From NCBI GenBank assembly GCA_012295275.1, contig CM022674.1:10354001-10418000 (forward strand): a stretch of 64,000 nucleotides of DNA, in the 5' to 3' direction. The first letter of the stretch is position 1, and the number at the start of each line of letters is the position of its first letter. Of the stretch, positions 25,380 through 37,180 are shown one piece after another. Source of the stretch: Chrysomallon squamiferum. Taxonomy: Eukaryota; Animalia; Mollusca. Under the pieces are notes generated by a model, which saw nothing but the letters and a program-made list of their open reading frames with translations, made no database searches and was not told where the DNA came from. Both the position numbers and the translations under genes were made by a program.

Positions 25380-27489
25380 GATGCATATATACATACATAT
25401 AAAAAATCATTATAATCAACTGAATAATGATTTAATTACATTTTCATTTCAGTGGCACTCTTTTGAAGAGTGAAGTAAGTAAAAAAAAAAAAAATAATAA
25501 TAAAAATTAAATATGACTATTTATATTCCTTACTTGTTCTTCTGCCTGCGAATGAAATGTAAATATAATTTAAATATGTTGAAAGGTAAACCAGACAGTT
25601 GACGCACTGATGGAGGAAAGAACAAGATTAACCACTGAGTTGGAACAGACCAAAATAGAGTTGGAGACTTTGTACAAGACTCAGAGACAGGTAGAACGGG
25701 AAAATGCTGGACTTCTTGAGAGAATAGGAGGATTTGAACAACAAAAGGTTTATTTTTTATAATTTGTAAATATATGTACTTGTAGATTTGATTATCTGTT
25801 ACTCCAGTTGTAATTCATTACTGTTATTAGGTTATTAGTTCGAACTATTGATAAGGTTAATATTTGAAAATTTTATTTAGATACTTATTTACAAGCATGG
25901 GCTAAACAGTTCAAATATAGAAGAACATTTTCTTTTAAATAATAACCTAAATTACTGTCAATTTTAAAACACTTTATTATTCATAATCTAATTTTATAAT
26001 TTATTAAGATAATATGCAATAAAATTGTTTTAAATAATAAAAAAAGAAACACACACACACACACACGCACACACACACACCAAGTAATTTATTTTAAAAT
26101 TGCAGTTGAAAATTACTGATTTAGTTTTTCCTTTGTAACAGTTAAAAAAAAAAATGATTTCTTGTCTCTTTTTTGATGACAGACTACACAACAGAACATC
26201 CGCGAGGCACTGGAATCCATGATGGAACAGAAGAACAAACTAGCTTATGAGAATGGACAGCTGCAGTCTCTGGTGAACAAGATGAAGTCTGATGTTGAGA
26301 ATGGTTCCAAGGCACAAGCAGATGTAGCTCAATTGTCACAATTATCTCACAATCTACAGACCAAGTATTCCAAGGTAGTTAGCTTTTAGCCAGTGTTTTT
26401 TGTTCAATATATAGTAATAATAATAATAATAATTAATATTAAAGATACTTTAAAAATTTAGAATACATTTATTTGTAGGATTTTTGTCATGTTTAGCATA
26501 TTGTGCATTTGGGGAGGTTTTATTTTTGTTTTTCTTTATAAAATAAAAATAACCAAAATTATGTAAAATTATTTTTAAAAAAAGAATTTGAAAATCCTAT
26601 TTGGTAGACATTTTGGTTTTTTAGTTCTATTTTAAAAATAAATTAAAGTTATGTACACACATATAATGAATGTGTGTGTGTGTGTGGCTGATATTTCACT
26701 GATATTTCATATTTCTGTATTATAATGTTTCATCACAGAGCTAAAAAGAGACAAAACAAACTGTGTAATGGTGTTTTCTAGCATGTATGTATATATGTAT
26801 TTGTCTGTGTCTGCATATGTATGTTAGTGTCATGTGTCTGAGTGTTTGTGTGTGTGCGTGCACACTACACCTCAGTGGTTATTTTTCAGTGTCAGAAAGA
26901 TCTAAGTGAGTGTAAAGTGACAGTCCAGAGACAGGAGAGTCAAATCAGAGAACTGAAGGAGTTGTTAGGAGTAAGGGAGAAGGAGCTACAGAACACATTA
27001 GCCAACAGAGAACAGCTGCAGGAACAACTTGAGAAAATGGTGTCCCATGTAGAGTCATCTGAACAGAAATACCAGCAGAAAGTAAAGTTCACAGCCTAGA
27101 TGTTCAGTGTTTATGTTTAAAATGTTTATGCTATTTTCGTTTATAATATCATTACTGTTATTGTTATTATTGTTCATTTTTTAAATCCAATTTAGCTGGC
27201 TTCCTTTGATGTTTGATATTCTGTATTTTAATAAATACTAATACTAATGTTGTTTTCTAGAATGTGTATGTTTGGTGTTTGTGACATGTGTCTTTGTGTG
27301 CATGTGTGGTTGAGTGGGTGGGTGTATGTCTTGCTTTTGCTTGCCTTACTTACCTTACATGATAAAACATTGTGTTGCTTCTGTAATGATACTGTTTACA
27401 CTTGAAAAATTACAACAGATCAAGAAAATAAGTTTTTATTCATTGACTTATCTTTATAAAATTTCACTTACTTTCTCTCACACTGTGTA

Positions 27490-27531
<42 letters not shown>

Positions 27532-30500
27532 CACTAACACAATGAAATCTTATGTTTAGCTACAAACACATCAGAAGAGTATTTCTGATGCACGAGCAGT
27601 GAACCGTGAAATCACTAACACACTGGAAGCTGTCATGTCCTCTCACTCACAGTTACAGACAATCGTAGAGAACCTTCAAGTAGAGCTTGGAAAGAAAGAT
27701 GCTCTCATCTCACAACAACTTGCAATCAGATGTAAGTCTGCTGTGATGATGATGATGATTAGATTCTAAAAATGGACACATAAACACATGATTTATTATG
27801 AATAATGAATACATTCTCAGTTTAAGTTTATATAAATGACAAGTCATGTAGCTCCAAGCAGAGAGGATAAAAATATTTAACATTTTCATGTATATTTCTT
27901 TCTAAAATAGCAAAATTAGGTTTGAAACATTTAAAATGTAACCAGAATAAGCAACAACTGTATCAGTCTGTATATTTTTCATCAAATTTACTGGGATGAT
28001 TCTAAAGGGACAAGCTTGGAATTATAATATTTAAAATACTTCTTAGAAATACAATATTATGGTTCATTAGTTGGCTCACAAATAGCAATATCGTAGAAGT
28101 AGTAAATTCTAAATTGTTGTTTATTTTAAAATAGTCAAAACTTACTTTATAATGTACATATTTACTATTTTGTTATTTTGAAACAATAATATATATTGCT
28201 TGAAAACATGTTTGGTTTTTTTTAAATTTATTTATTGTTGGTGTTGTTGTTTTTGCAATATTTGTATTATCACTATAGTAATAAGGAGCAGAATGATGTG
28301 AGGCTGGAAATGAAAGTGTTTGAGGACAAAATGGACAGTCTGCGTGAAGAGCTGAAACGAGAAAGAGACAAATCATGGAAGAAAACAAGCAAAGACGTTG
28401 CTGAGGTTTGAAACATTAAAACAGTTTACCCAAGGTTTAAACTCTGATACAATCAAACTGAGTTTGAAACATTAAAACAGTGTACCCAAGGTTTAAACTC
28501 TGATACAGTCAGACTCAGTTTGAAACATTAAAACAGTGTACCCAAAGTTTAAACTCTGATACAGTCAAACTGAGTTTGAAACATTAATGGAGTGTATCTG
28601 TGGTTTAAACATTGACAAGTGAAACTAAGTTTGAAACATTAATGGAGTGTATCTGTGTCAAACATTAATATAGTGTATCTGAGTGTTACATATTAATACT
28701 TTTTATTTTTAATTGACTTCTAAAGCTTGTTTCCTGCAGTCAGAACTGTTTGGCTTGTATGTACAGTTAGTACTGTGAACTTGTCGTATTATGTCAGTTA
28801 ATTAATGTGCTATAGATGAACATCATTCATACAAATGTATAGATATCAAAACATAAGCATTTTTATATAATGTAGACAAGTTTAAACAAAGCCTCACGAT
28901 ATTGCAAATGCAGAAAAACATATACACATACACAGTCAACTATAAAACAAATAATAAACACATCCACACACAGACCCTGACCCAGACCCACACATACATT
29001 ATTTTTAACTTGCAGCTTAAGAAGATAAATGATAATCTGTCTGCTCGTAACATGGATCTGGTGAAGGCAAACACTGACTTGCGACACAAAGCAAATGAGG
29101 ATCAGAAGCTGATTGGAGAATTGCAACAGAAAGTGTCTGAGCAGAAACACAAGATGCAGTATTTAAACAAGGCAAAGAAACATCTAGAAGAAAACGTGGC
29201 ACAGTTGAAGGTTAGTATGTTTTTACTGGGATACATTCAGTCCAGTGATATTGTGGTAGTAGAGGAATTAGGAAGTATTTAGAAATTCTGACTATTAGAA
29301 TTTTTTTTTCATTTTTACACGTATGATCCGAAAGAGTTTTTCAGTTAAACATCTTGGTTTAATTGAACAAAAAATACTTTATAAGAATATTTAACAAATA
29401 TTAATGAATGAATTTAAAGAACCCGTTACCACTGCTGTGTAGATCGGGTTATCTGTTTTTATTCTCAACAGCAATTAGATTTCTTCAGTTTTTTATTTTT
29501 AACATTTTTAACTGAACATCTGATAATTGTGAAGATGTTGTACAAAAGAAGCAACATCATTTTTTTTTAAGTTAATTGTTTTTGTCATAGTAATTTTTTA
29601 AAGTGCATTTTCTTCATTTTTGTCCTTCCATTTGTTATTTCAGGCTGTTAGACAGGATATTGATGAACTTGAGAGGATGAGAAATGAATATATGCAAAGA
29701 AATCATGAACAGGTAGATATCTTTAAATCAGAAATGTATTTTTTTTTTAAAACAGCATCTACAGCAGTACCTGTTAATTAACAGCTTGTAATAACACTAA
29801 TACTGATTATGATAATTATATTCATATTAATGATGATGATAACAACAACGATGATATTTATATTGATTATGATTATGATAATGGTATTCAAGTTGATCAT
29901 GATGATGATGATGATGATACAGTTGAAAACAAAAGTGTAATAATAAATAAAGTCAGTGATCATTAATAATAACAACAGGTTTTTTTTGTTTTGTTTTTTT
30001 AATTCAGCATATTTAATTTTACTATTCATTTTGAATATGTTTCACTGTTTTTAGGCTGAGACCATGAAACTGTTTGTTATAAATCTGATGTTTCACTGTT
30101 TCACTTTTTTTATGCTTAGACTATCAAACTGTTTATTATAAATCTAATGTTTCACAGTTTTTATGCTTAGACTATCAAACTATTATTATAAATCTAATGT
30201 TTCACTGTTTTAGGCTTAGACTATCAAACTGTTTATTATAAATCTGATGTTTCACTGTTTTTATGCTTAGACAATCAAACTGTTTATTATAAATCTGATG
30301 TTTCACTGTTTTTATGCTTAGACTATCAAACTGTTTATTATAAATCTGATGTTTCACTGTTTTTATGCTTAGACTATCAAACTGTTTATTATAAATCTGA
30401 TGTTTTGCTGTTTTAGGCTGAGACTATCAAACTGTTCATGACTCAGATTACAACTCTACAGGATGAGATTCGACAGTTGGCTCAGGCCCAAACTAACACA

Positions 30501-33500
30501 AGTCAGTTACTCAAACAGAAAGAACAGGCTCTTGACAAGGAGAGAAAAATCAAAGATGACATCAAGAAGAAATTCTGTGTAAATTGATTTGTTGCCTGTT
30601 GATTTTCATTTGAAGCGAACAACTATCCCATAAGAGTCATATAACAAATATATATATATCAAATAAATGTTTTAAAAAATTATTGTACTTACAGAGTGAA
30701 AGAAAAAAGAAACATTTTAAAAATTTAAATTATTTTTTAAAATTTAGAAAGAAGAAAAAGAAATAATACTATTTAACCTATCAATTTTCAGTAATTTTTC
30801 ACAATCTGATTTCTTAGAGGGTTACAGTATTTTTAAATTTGTTTTTATTCTTTTCCTGATTTGAAGGATTCAGGATATCTATGTTCTATACTAAAATGCT
30901 TGTATCAAATGTTTTTAAAATCTGAGGACAATATTAAAAATTTACTTCATTTTGTATTTATCAAAGTGGTTTTTTTTTTAATTAGAAATTTAGAAGAGTA
31001 TAATTTTTTCTTAGCAATTTCTTTTGTCAAGATCTGTAAAAAAATATAGCTAGTGTAAAAGTACATACATTTTTTTAATGTTATTTTCCTTCTCCTTTCT
31101 ATAGGAAACAAAGAAGCGAGAAAAGGTTGTTTCAAAAAAGAAAAGTGAAGCAGAAGATAAACTGAAAGAAGTGCATAACGAATCTGTTGAGGTATTTGTT
31201 AATAAATATTTGAAATTAAATAATAAGTGTTTTTAATAAATTAATACAAAAAAAAAAAAAAAATATATATATATATTTTTTATGAAAAAGGATTAAAAAC
31301 AAATTTTTTATTTTTTTATTGTTGTTGATATATTTATTATTAATGTTATTCATCATTATTATTATTATTATTATTATTGTTATTGTTATTTATTATTAAT
31401 ATATTCCCACAGATTACTCAACATCTAGAAGAAGCACATGAATGGTTTAAAAGAAAATTTGAAAAATTACAAAACGAACTAGATTCTTCCCGGTAAAGTA
31501 TATCAAGCAGTGAAAATTAATTTTGTATTTGTTTTTTAAAATTCCAGATTGAAGAGTTCTTTTTCAAAGAAATTTCCCAGATTTTAGAAAATTACTGTAA
31601 ATGTATTACAAAACATTTAATTACAAAACATTTGTTAAGATATATTTAACGTAACAAATAAGATCAGTAACATGAAAACATATTACACCTCAAAACAGGT
31701 TATTGAATGGAATTGAACAAATGATAATTTTCAATAAAGAAAAAAAAGGACTCAGATTATTTTGGAAAAGAGCTGTTTAATATAAAACCTTCAAAGGAAG
31801 AAAAAATCAGAATATATTTGATTTTCTTTAAAAGATACTTTTAAAATTAAATTCATTTTTAGATTTTGAAGTATTTAATTGGATGTATAAATATGTAAAT
31901 TAAATTATATATTAACGTGTGTGTATAAATCCTTTTTTATTTCATTCTTGCATTTTCTACTGATAAACTGAGTGAAATGACAGATTTGTGATGATGCTGA
32001 AAGAGTGATAACAGAGAAAAAACGTCATTTTGTTGGACTGGGGTTTACTCAGTCTTTTAAGAGTTGGCTGTTTTGTATAGTATTAATTTTTACTTGTACA
32101 GTGAGGTTTTAATTACTGTTTAACATTAAAAACATAAAAACAATAAAAAAAATTTGATGTAGTATTTATAGCTAAATTAAAAGACTGTTTACTGTGTATA
32201 TTGAATTAGACTCTTAATTCACTTTTTGCAGAAAAACTCAGGCTAAATTGGAAGAAGATAATCTTAACCAGCGGAAGAAGCTGGAAATGGAGAAGATGAA
32301 GGGTCAAGAAGCAGCAGAACGGGCAAAGGAGATGATAAAGGTTTGTCTTTAGGAGTTAGGCATCATTTGGCCAATTTCCCCAGAGTCCTCCACTGCCTTT
32401 CATACATTCCAGCCAGATCCCTATATTTTTTTAGCAAATGTTGTACTGTTTGCATTGCTTTAGTTTTTATCAAAAATAATAATAATATTTACTAATATCC
32501 TTGTTGATACTTCCTATTTTTAAATGAATCTTTTAGTTATTTATTGTTATTATTATGTCTGGAATTTAGGTCTGTTTCTGTTTTTAGGCCAGCAGACAGA
32601 CGATAAGTAGACTAGCAGATTTTGCAGAAATGGCTGACTCTGAGATGAAGGAACAAATTGGTCAGTTGCAGGCTGAAGCAGAAAAAGAAAGAGAACTAGC
32701 ATTGTTTACATTAAATAGACATGAACAGTACAAGGTATCCAAGAATGCCATGTAGTACATTAACAATATAACAGGAGGTCCTGATTAAATAACATTACAC
32801 GGCATTAACAGTATAACAGTGAGGTCTGATAGCTTTTTAAAAAAACAGATATTAACAATATAACACCTGATATTTTTTAATTAAACAGATATTAACTGTA
32901 TAACATTCAGCTGTGATACTGTAACAATGAGGTTTCATACTGTGTAAATAAACAGACCGTAACATTTTAACTCTGGTCTGATATTGTTTAAACAGACATA
33001 TACATTAACAAAATAATATACTGAGGTCTGATGTATTTAAATAAACAAACATTAACAACATAGACTGAGGACTAATACTTAAAATGTTTAAAAATGTAAT
33101 CTAATATGGTTTAATAACATAAAAGTGTAAACTGGTTATGTGAACACAGATATTAACACTATAAAGGCTTGGTTTGGTATTTTGTATTCTTGATAAGTAT
33201 CTGGTATGTATAAACATCTAACAAGTATGGACTGTATAAACATATAATACTAACAAAATACTGTGTTAAATGTACATTAACAGATTAAAATTAATATTAT
33301 GCTATAAAATGAATTAATAGTTAAATAAATGCTTAGCAATATCTCAACACAAAGTAGAGTAGCCACTGACAGTACTGTATAAACTAAAAAGATATAAAAT
33401 GTTAATAATAATTCAATAAATGTGCAAAATTTCATACTGTTCTGTGATAATATAGTGTACTTTAAAAGATAATAAAAGAATGCAGTCTAGTAGTTTATAC

Positions 33501-34172
33501 ACCAGGTATTAGTTGCTCAATATACTGCTATATACACTATTTGACATTAATTACAGTGTTTAATAATAATGTAAAAGGATCTTAGCTGTAAACCACTGGT
33601 TTCCAGTGTCTAAAGTGTAAACACCTTCAGAATGTTTTATGGGAAATAAAGATAAATATCTGAAATTATTCAGTGTATATTGTAAATCCAAACATTTTAG
33701 TTTTTATGGAATAGCTGAAACAGAATAGGGAGAGTGAATGTGAAGATCATGTTTCACAGGGCAGTAAAACTAAATTTATCATCTGTATTATCAATTTAGA
33801 GAATCAAGTGTTTATGAATAAAGTGAGAAAAAAAAGAAGAAAAACAATAGATTTTTGGGATTGTGCAAAAATGCTGAAAAATGTTCTTGAATTGAATGTA
33901 CAATTATATGTCTAATACTGTGTTTGATTATTAATGTTTTACTATTCTTTACCTTTGATATGTTTCTCCTCTTTCTTTTTTCTTGCTTTCCTTAATTTAT
34001 ACATATGTAAATCTTTAATTATTATTGTAAAAAAAAAAAAAAAAATATTAAAAAATAGAAAGTAGTTAATGTGCAGTAATGTATATTTTTGCAGGAACTA
34101 AATAATCAGTACTTGGATGGACTGATAAAACAAATGGACTCTAAAATTACTTTGGACAGTTCATTTAGCTGA
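21878..34172 (+). CDS. CCDC150: Coiled-coil domain-containing protein 150, ~1049 aa
   Basis: Exons 21878-22402, 22837-23022, 23309-23438, 23846-23982, 24207-24314, 24748-24857, 24969-25146, 25586-25747, 26183-26374, 26890-27081, 27560-27731/27735, 28279-28405, 29016-29210, 29644-29712, 30417-30578, 31105-31191, 31413-31492, 32232-32340, 32588-32734, 34095-34172. Heptad-rich. Motifs RPVISP, YEKLVSRVCRQESAIQTLKL, KNKLAYENGQLQ, SHSQLQ..VELGKKD and ITQHLEEAHEWFK correspond to vertebrate CCDC150 from memory. One junction (27731/28279) is phase-ambiguous. Confidence 0.88.
25299..25400. repeat. (TACATA)n microsatellite
   Basis: Hexamer run; source of the spurious TY/HI ORFs. Confidence 0.93.
28401..28680 (+). 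repeat. ~56-bp tandem repeat (5+ copies) starting at a CCDC150 5' splice site
   Basis: Unit CTGAG(G)TTTGAAACATTAAAACAGTGTACCCAAGGTTTAAACTCTGATACAGTCAAA. Copies start at 28401, 28458, 28514, 28570 and 28625; the first contains the real GAG|GTTTGA donor. Confidence 0.92.
30038..30437 (+). repeat. ~51-bp tandem repeat (8 copies) spanning a CCDC150 3' splice site
   Basis: Unit TGTTTCACTGTTTTTA(G/T)GCT(G/T)AGACTATCAAACTGTTTATTATAAATCTGA. The last copy supplies the real acceptor (30416) and the first 20 nt of the exon. Confidence 0.95.
32759..33160. repeat. Degenerate ~45-bp minisatellite
   Basis: Recurring ATTAACA(A/G)TATAACA..GAGGTCTGAT...AAACAGA, about 8 decayed copies, beginning ~25 nt after the donor at 32735. 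Confidence 0.75.
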
Positions 34173-35303
34173 GACCACAAAAACCTGTCATCCACATTTC
34201 AATAGAGTCTCAGGAAGAATTGGGAACTTTTACTGTATAGCTAAATAGAGGAAGAAAAAAAATCTGCTTTTAAACAAATAATGGAAATAATTTTTAGATA
34301 AATATTCCACATATAAAAAAAATACATACAATAGAAAACATTTACATTATCTAATATACAAAAGCATTTAACTACAGAATATTCCAATTTATCATATCTT
34401 ATTCTGTACTTTACCTTTTAAAAATCACAGTAGAAAAAGTGTGAAGTATTATTAGTATGATAATTAATGAACTTTATTATTAAAAAAAGAAAAGTGACTG
34501 TTTTTGTACATTACCTTCATCTTCTTTTGACTAACAATTTCGTTTTTATTATTTTAAGTAACTTTTGGTCCTATTTTAAACAGAGATGTTCCTAATCCAT
34601 TTTATATAAAACTTGTAATTTTAATTCAGTACCAGAAGAAATTCATCTACTAATAAAAAAGGAAATGTAATGTGCCAAACAACTGACTACATCTACTCAG
34701 TATATTTATTATCAGTGTCTATTTTTACTCATTTTATTGTTTTATTATTAAATCTTTTGAGCCTAACCATTTTTAATTTAAAATATCTTTCTTTTGTTAC
34801 TATCATTATAAATTGTGGATTCACAGACTGAGACAGACAAATGAAGGAGCTCCATTTGTTGTTTTTCCCTTCTCAAAAGATCCACAACAATTCAGATTAA
34901 TATTATTTTGTAAACTGAAAAACAAAAACATTGAAAGTCTGTTAAATACAAAGTTACCACTGTTTTCATTGCTAAAGTATCTTACATTCCACAATATGTA
35001 AACTGCGTTCTAATACCAACATTAACCAGACATTTACTAGTTTGTATGAATGGAGTAAATAATGTTGTATTTTTTTTCTATTAAACCTGTTTTTATAAAC
35101 ACAAAAAACTACAATTTTATATCCATAAAACTTTTTTTCTCCAGTTTATTTTTGTATAAATTGAAATCTGTGATATTTTATATAATTCTCTTGAAGTTGT
35201 TTCTAAAATTATTATGAATAAACATTTCAAATATATTTATTTTTTGTTTTCTTTACATGTATCTTCTAATTAAATAAATAGTCAAATGTGGCAAGAATTT
35301 TAT

Positions 35304-35909
35304 TTAATTTTCTTTCTGGATTTGTTCTTTTTCTTTTCTTTTCAGTTCCTCTTTATCTGCTAGAAGTTTGCGATACTCATTTTTCAGTTCATGCAGCTCC
35401 AGCTGTAAATTAGCGATTGTTACACATGTTTCTACAGCTGTCTTGAAACTGTTCTGACTTCGACGAAGATTCTGTGGTACCAGCACTCCAAACCAATTAA
35501 TTGGGTCTACTGTAACCTTTTTATTGTTGATTTCATCTGTTTTTGTCAGATTGTCATTTTGTCCCAGAGCTTGCGCATCTGTCTGTCCCTTCTCTTCATT
35601 AGTGTTCAGAATATTTCTCTTCCTTAAAGTTGATGTGTTATCAATTTTGCTGTCATTTTCGGGATGAATTATTTTAAGAGTGGTGATTCCATTTTCTTTT
35701 TCAACATCCACTTTGACCAGAGCTTTCATGTCTTGGTGAAACTGTGCTGGTGATACAGAATGTACACCCATGTTGTACCTAGCTCTTGAGAGGTCAAGAA
35801 ATCCAGATTTCATCAGAGTTTCTAGATGTGCTAGTTCATTGTAAAGCTGACCAAGAATATCAAAAAAATCGGTCAAAGTGTCATCCAATTTTTCACAGAC
35901 AGATTCCAT
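35304..35909 (-). CDS. CCDC115: Coiled-coil domain-containing protein 115 / V-ATPase assembly factor Vma22, 201 aa
   Basis: Uninterrupted ORF. GFLDLSRARYNMG..VS and DPINWFGVLVPQNLRRSQNSFK match CCDC115/Vma22 motifs. An acceptor lies ~30 nt upstream of the ATG (CT at 35938-35939 on +), implying a 5'UTR intron. Confidence 0.95.
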   Translation of the reverse strand: MESVCEKLDDTLTDFFDILGQLYNELAHLETLMKSGFLDLSRARYNMGVHSVSPAQFHQDMKALVKVDVEKENGITTLKIIHPENDSKIDNTSTLRKRNILNTNEEKGQTDAQALGQNDNLTKTDEINNKKVTVDPINWFGVLVPQNLRRSQNSFKTAVETCVTIANLQLELHELKNEYRKLLADKEELKRKEKEQIQKEN

Positions 35910-36699
35910 TTTTTGAAATCAGAAATCTAACCAAAATCTGAAATTAACAATTACTTATATGAAAATGTGTGTAATGTACTATTAGGAATAATCATGAATT
36001 TTTTAAAAATAGATGATAAAAATAACAATGCTTCTATGCATTTTAATATTAACCGTTGCTATGTGTTAACATAACTTTTCTACACTGATTATATGAGAGA
36101 GTAATCTAGATACTTCCATTAATTTGAATGTTAAATATAAAACAACAACAAACAAACAAATAAATAAACCAAAAAACAATTAAAAAATTATTGATAATAT
36201 AATAATACCCTCTTTAACGTATACCTTAGAATACAGCCTTATCTTTGACACCTTATAATAACTGGATTAAATATAATTTTATTTCAGAGGTTTTATCAAA
36301 ATATATGAACCCATAAAATGATAAAATTAAATTTATACTTTTATACATTTTTTATTTTAAGGGTATTTCTTTCATTTATTATTATTTTAAGTTATTAACA
36401 TTTTAAATCGAATAAAACTTACAGATAACAAGTATGAAATTTTCTGATGACTGCATTTAGATTCAGAACACACCTTAGTAAATAAAAACACTTGTAATCG
36501 CAATTTTTTATTTTAAAAAGATTATTGATGTGGAGAGTTATCTCTCCTTCTTACATCTTTCTTTTTTCTTCTATGAATTTTAGAAGCATCGAAATTATAT
36601 ATTAAGAAGGAACCAAAGACATCAAGTCCTTAAAACATTTATTATTATTTTAATTTACTGTTGTCATTTTTTCCTAACGTGTATATTTAAATAAAATAT

Positions 36700-36898
36700 G
36701 CTCAAAATTGTACTTAACGATTATTATTATAATAAATTACACTTCATAAAAACCGTTGTCGACTTGCTACAACTGAAATATTGATAAATCCATTTCGTGT
36801 TCTTAGGCAAAATTAATCCATACATTTTTTAGTATTATTATTATTAGGAGTATCGTCATATCATCTTCATCATTACCATCATTGTTGTAAGGTGTTGT

Positions 36899-36969
<71 letters not shown>

Positions 36970-37180
36970 ATTTTTTCGAATCGCCATTTCATCCATGGAA
37001 ATAATGATAAACATTTTAAACCCACATTTTTAATTAATAAAAAATGATTTAATGATATTTGAGAATTACTAACGCATAAAATTCATTGTCTACGAAGTGG
37101 TCAGACATGTATTGGCTAGCAATCCTATAATACTAATAGGTGCCTCTGTTATTGAGGAATATACAACAAAACGACAAAGT
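36700..37180. promoter_or_regulatory. Putative bidirectional promoter CCDC115/FBXO42, including (CT)n at 36903-36967
   Basis: Head-to-head ATGs 1.27 kb apart; YY1-like CGCCATTT (~36983), ATTGG (37110-37114), local CpGs. Confidence 0.5.

Noticed and set aside
25227-25473. TY/HI dipeptide ORFs; likewise SL (20404), CV (27314, 46706, 61606) and poly-I (29778) ORFs
   Set aside because: Translations of microsatellites or low-complexity intron DNA.
30038-30437. Regularly spaced repeats (also 19318-19447, 28401-28680) as a CRISPR-like array
   Set aside because: Head-to-tail units with no unique spacers, no cas genes, eukaryotic intron context.
31967-32053. Hairpin ACTGAGTGAA/TTTACTCAGT enclosing GTGATGA and CTGA in a CCDC150 intron
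   Set aside because: Box C/D spacing is wrong for a snoRNA and pairing is limited; as a cassette exon it stops at once. Not enough support.
32735-32743. GTATCCAAG donor as a U12-type intron
   Set aside because: Lacks the TT of GTATCCTT, and I saw no TCCTTAAC branch site near the acceptor at 34094.
37097-37180. N-terminal extension of FBXO42 from the ORF track
   Set aside because: Starts at GTG; the first ATG is at 37181, and the region looks like promoter/UTR.
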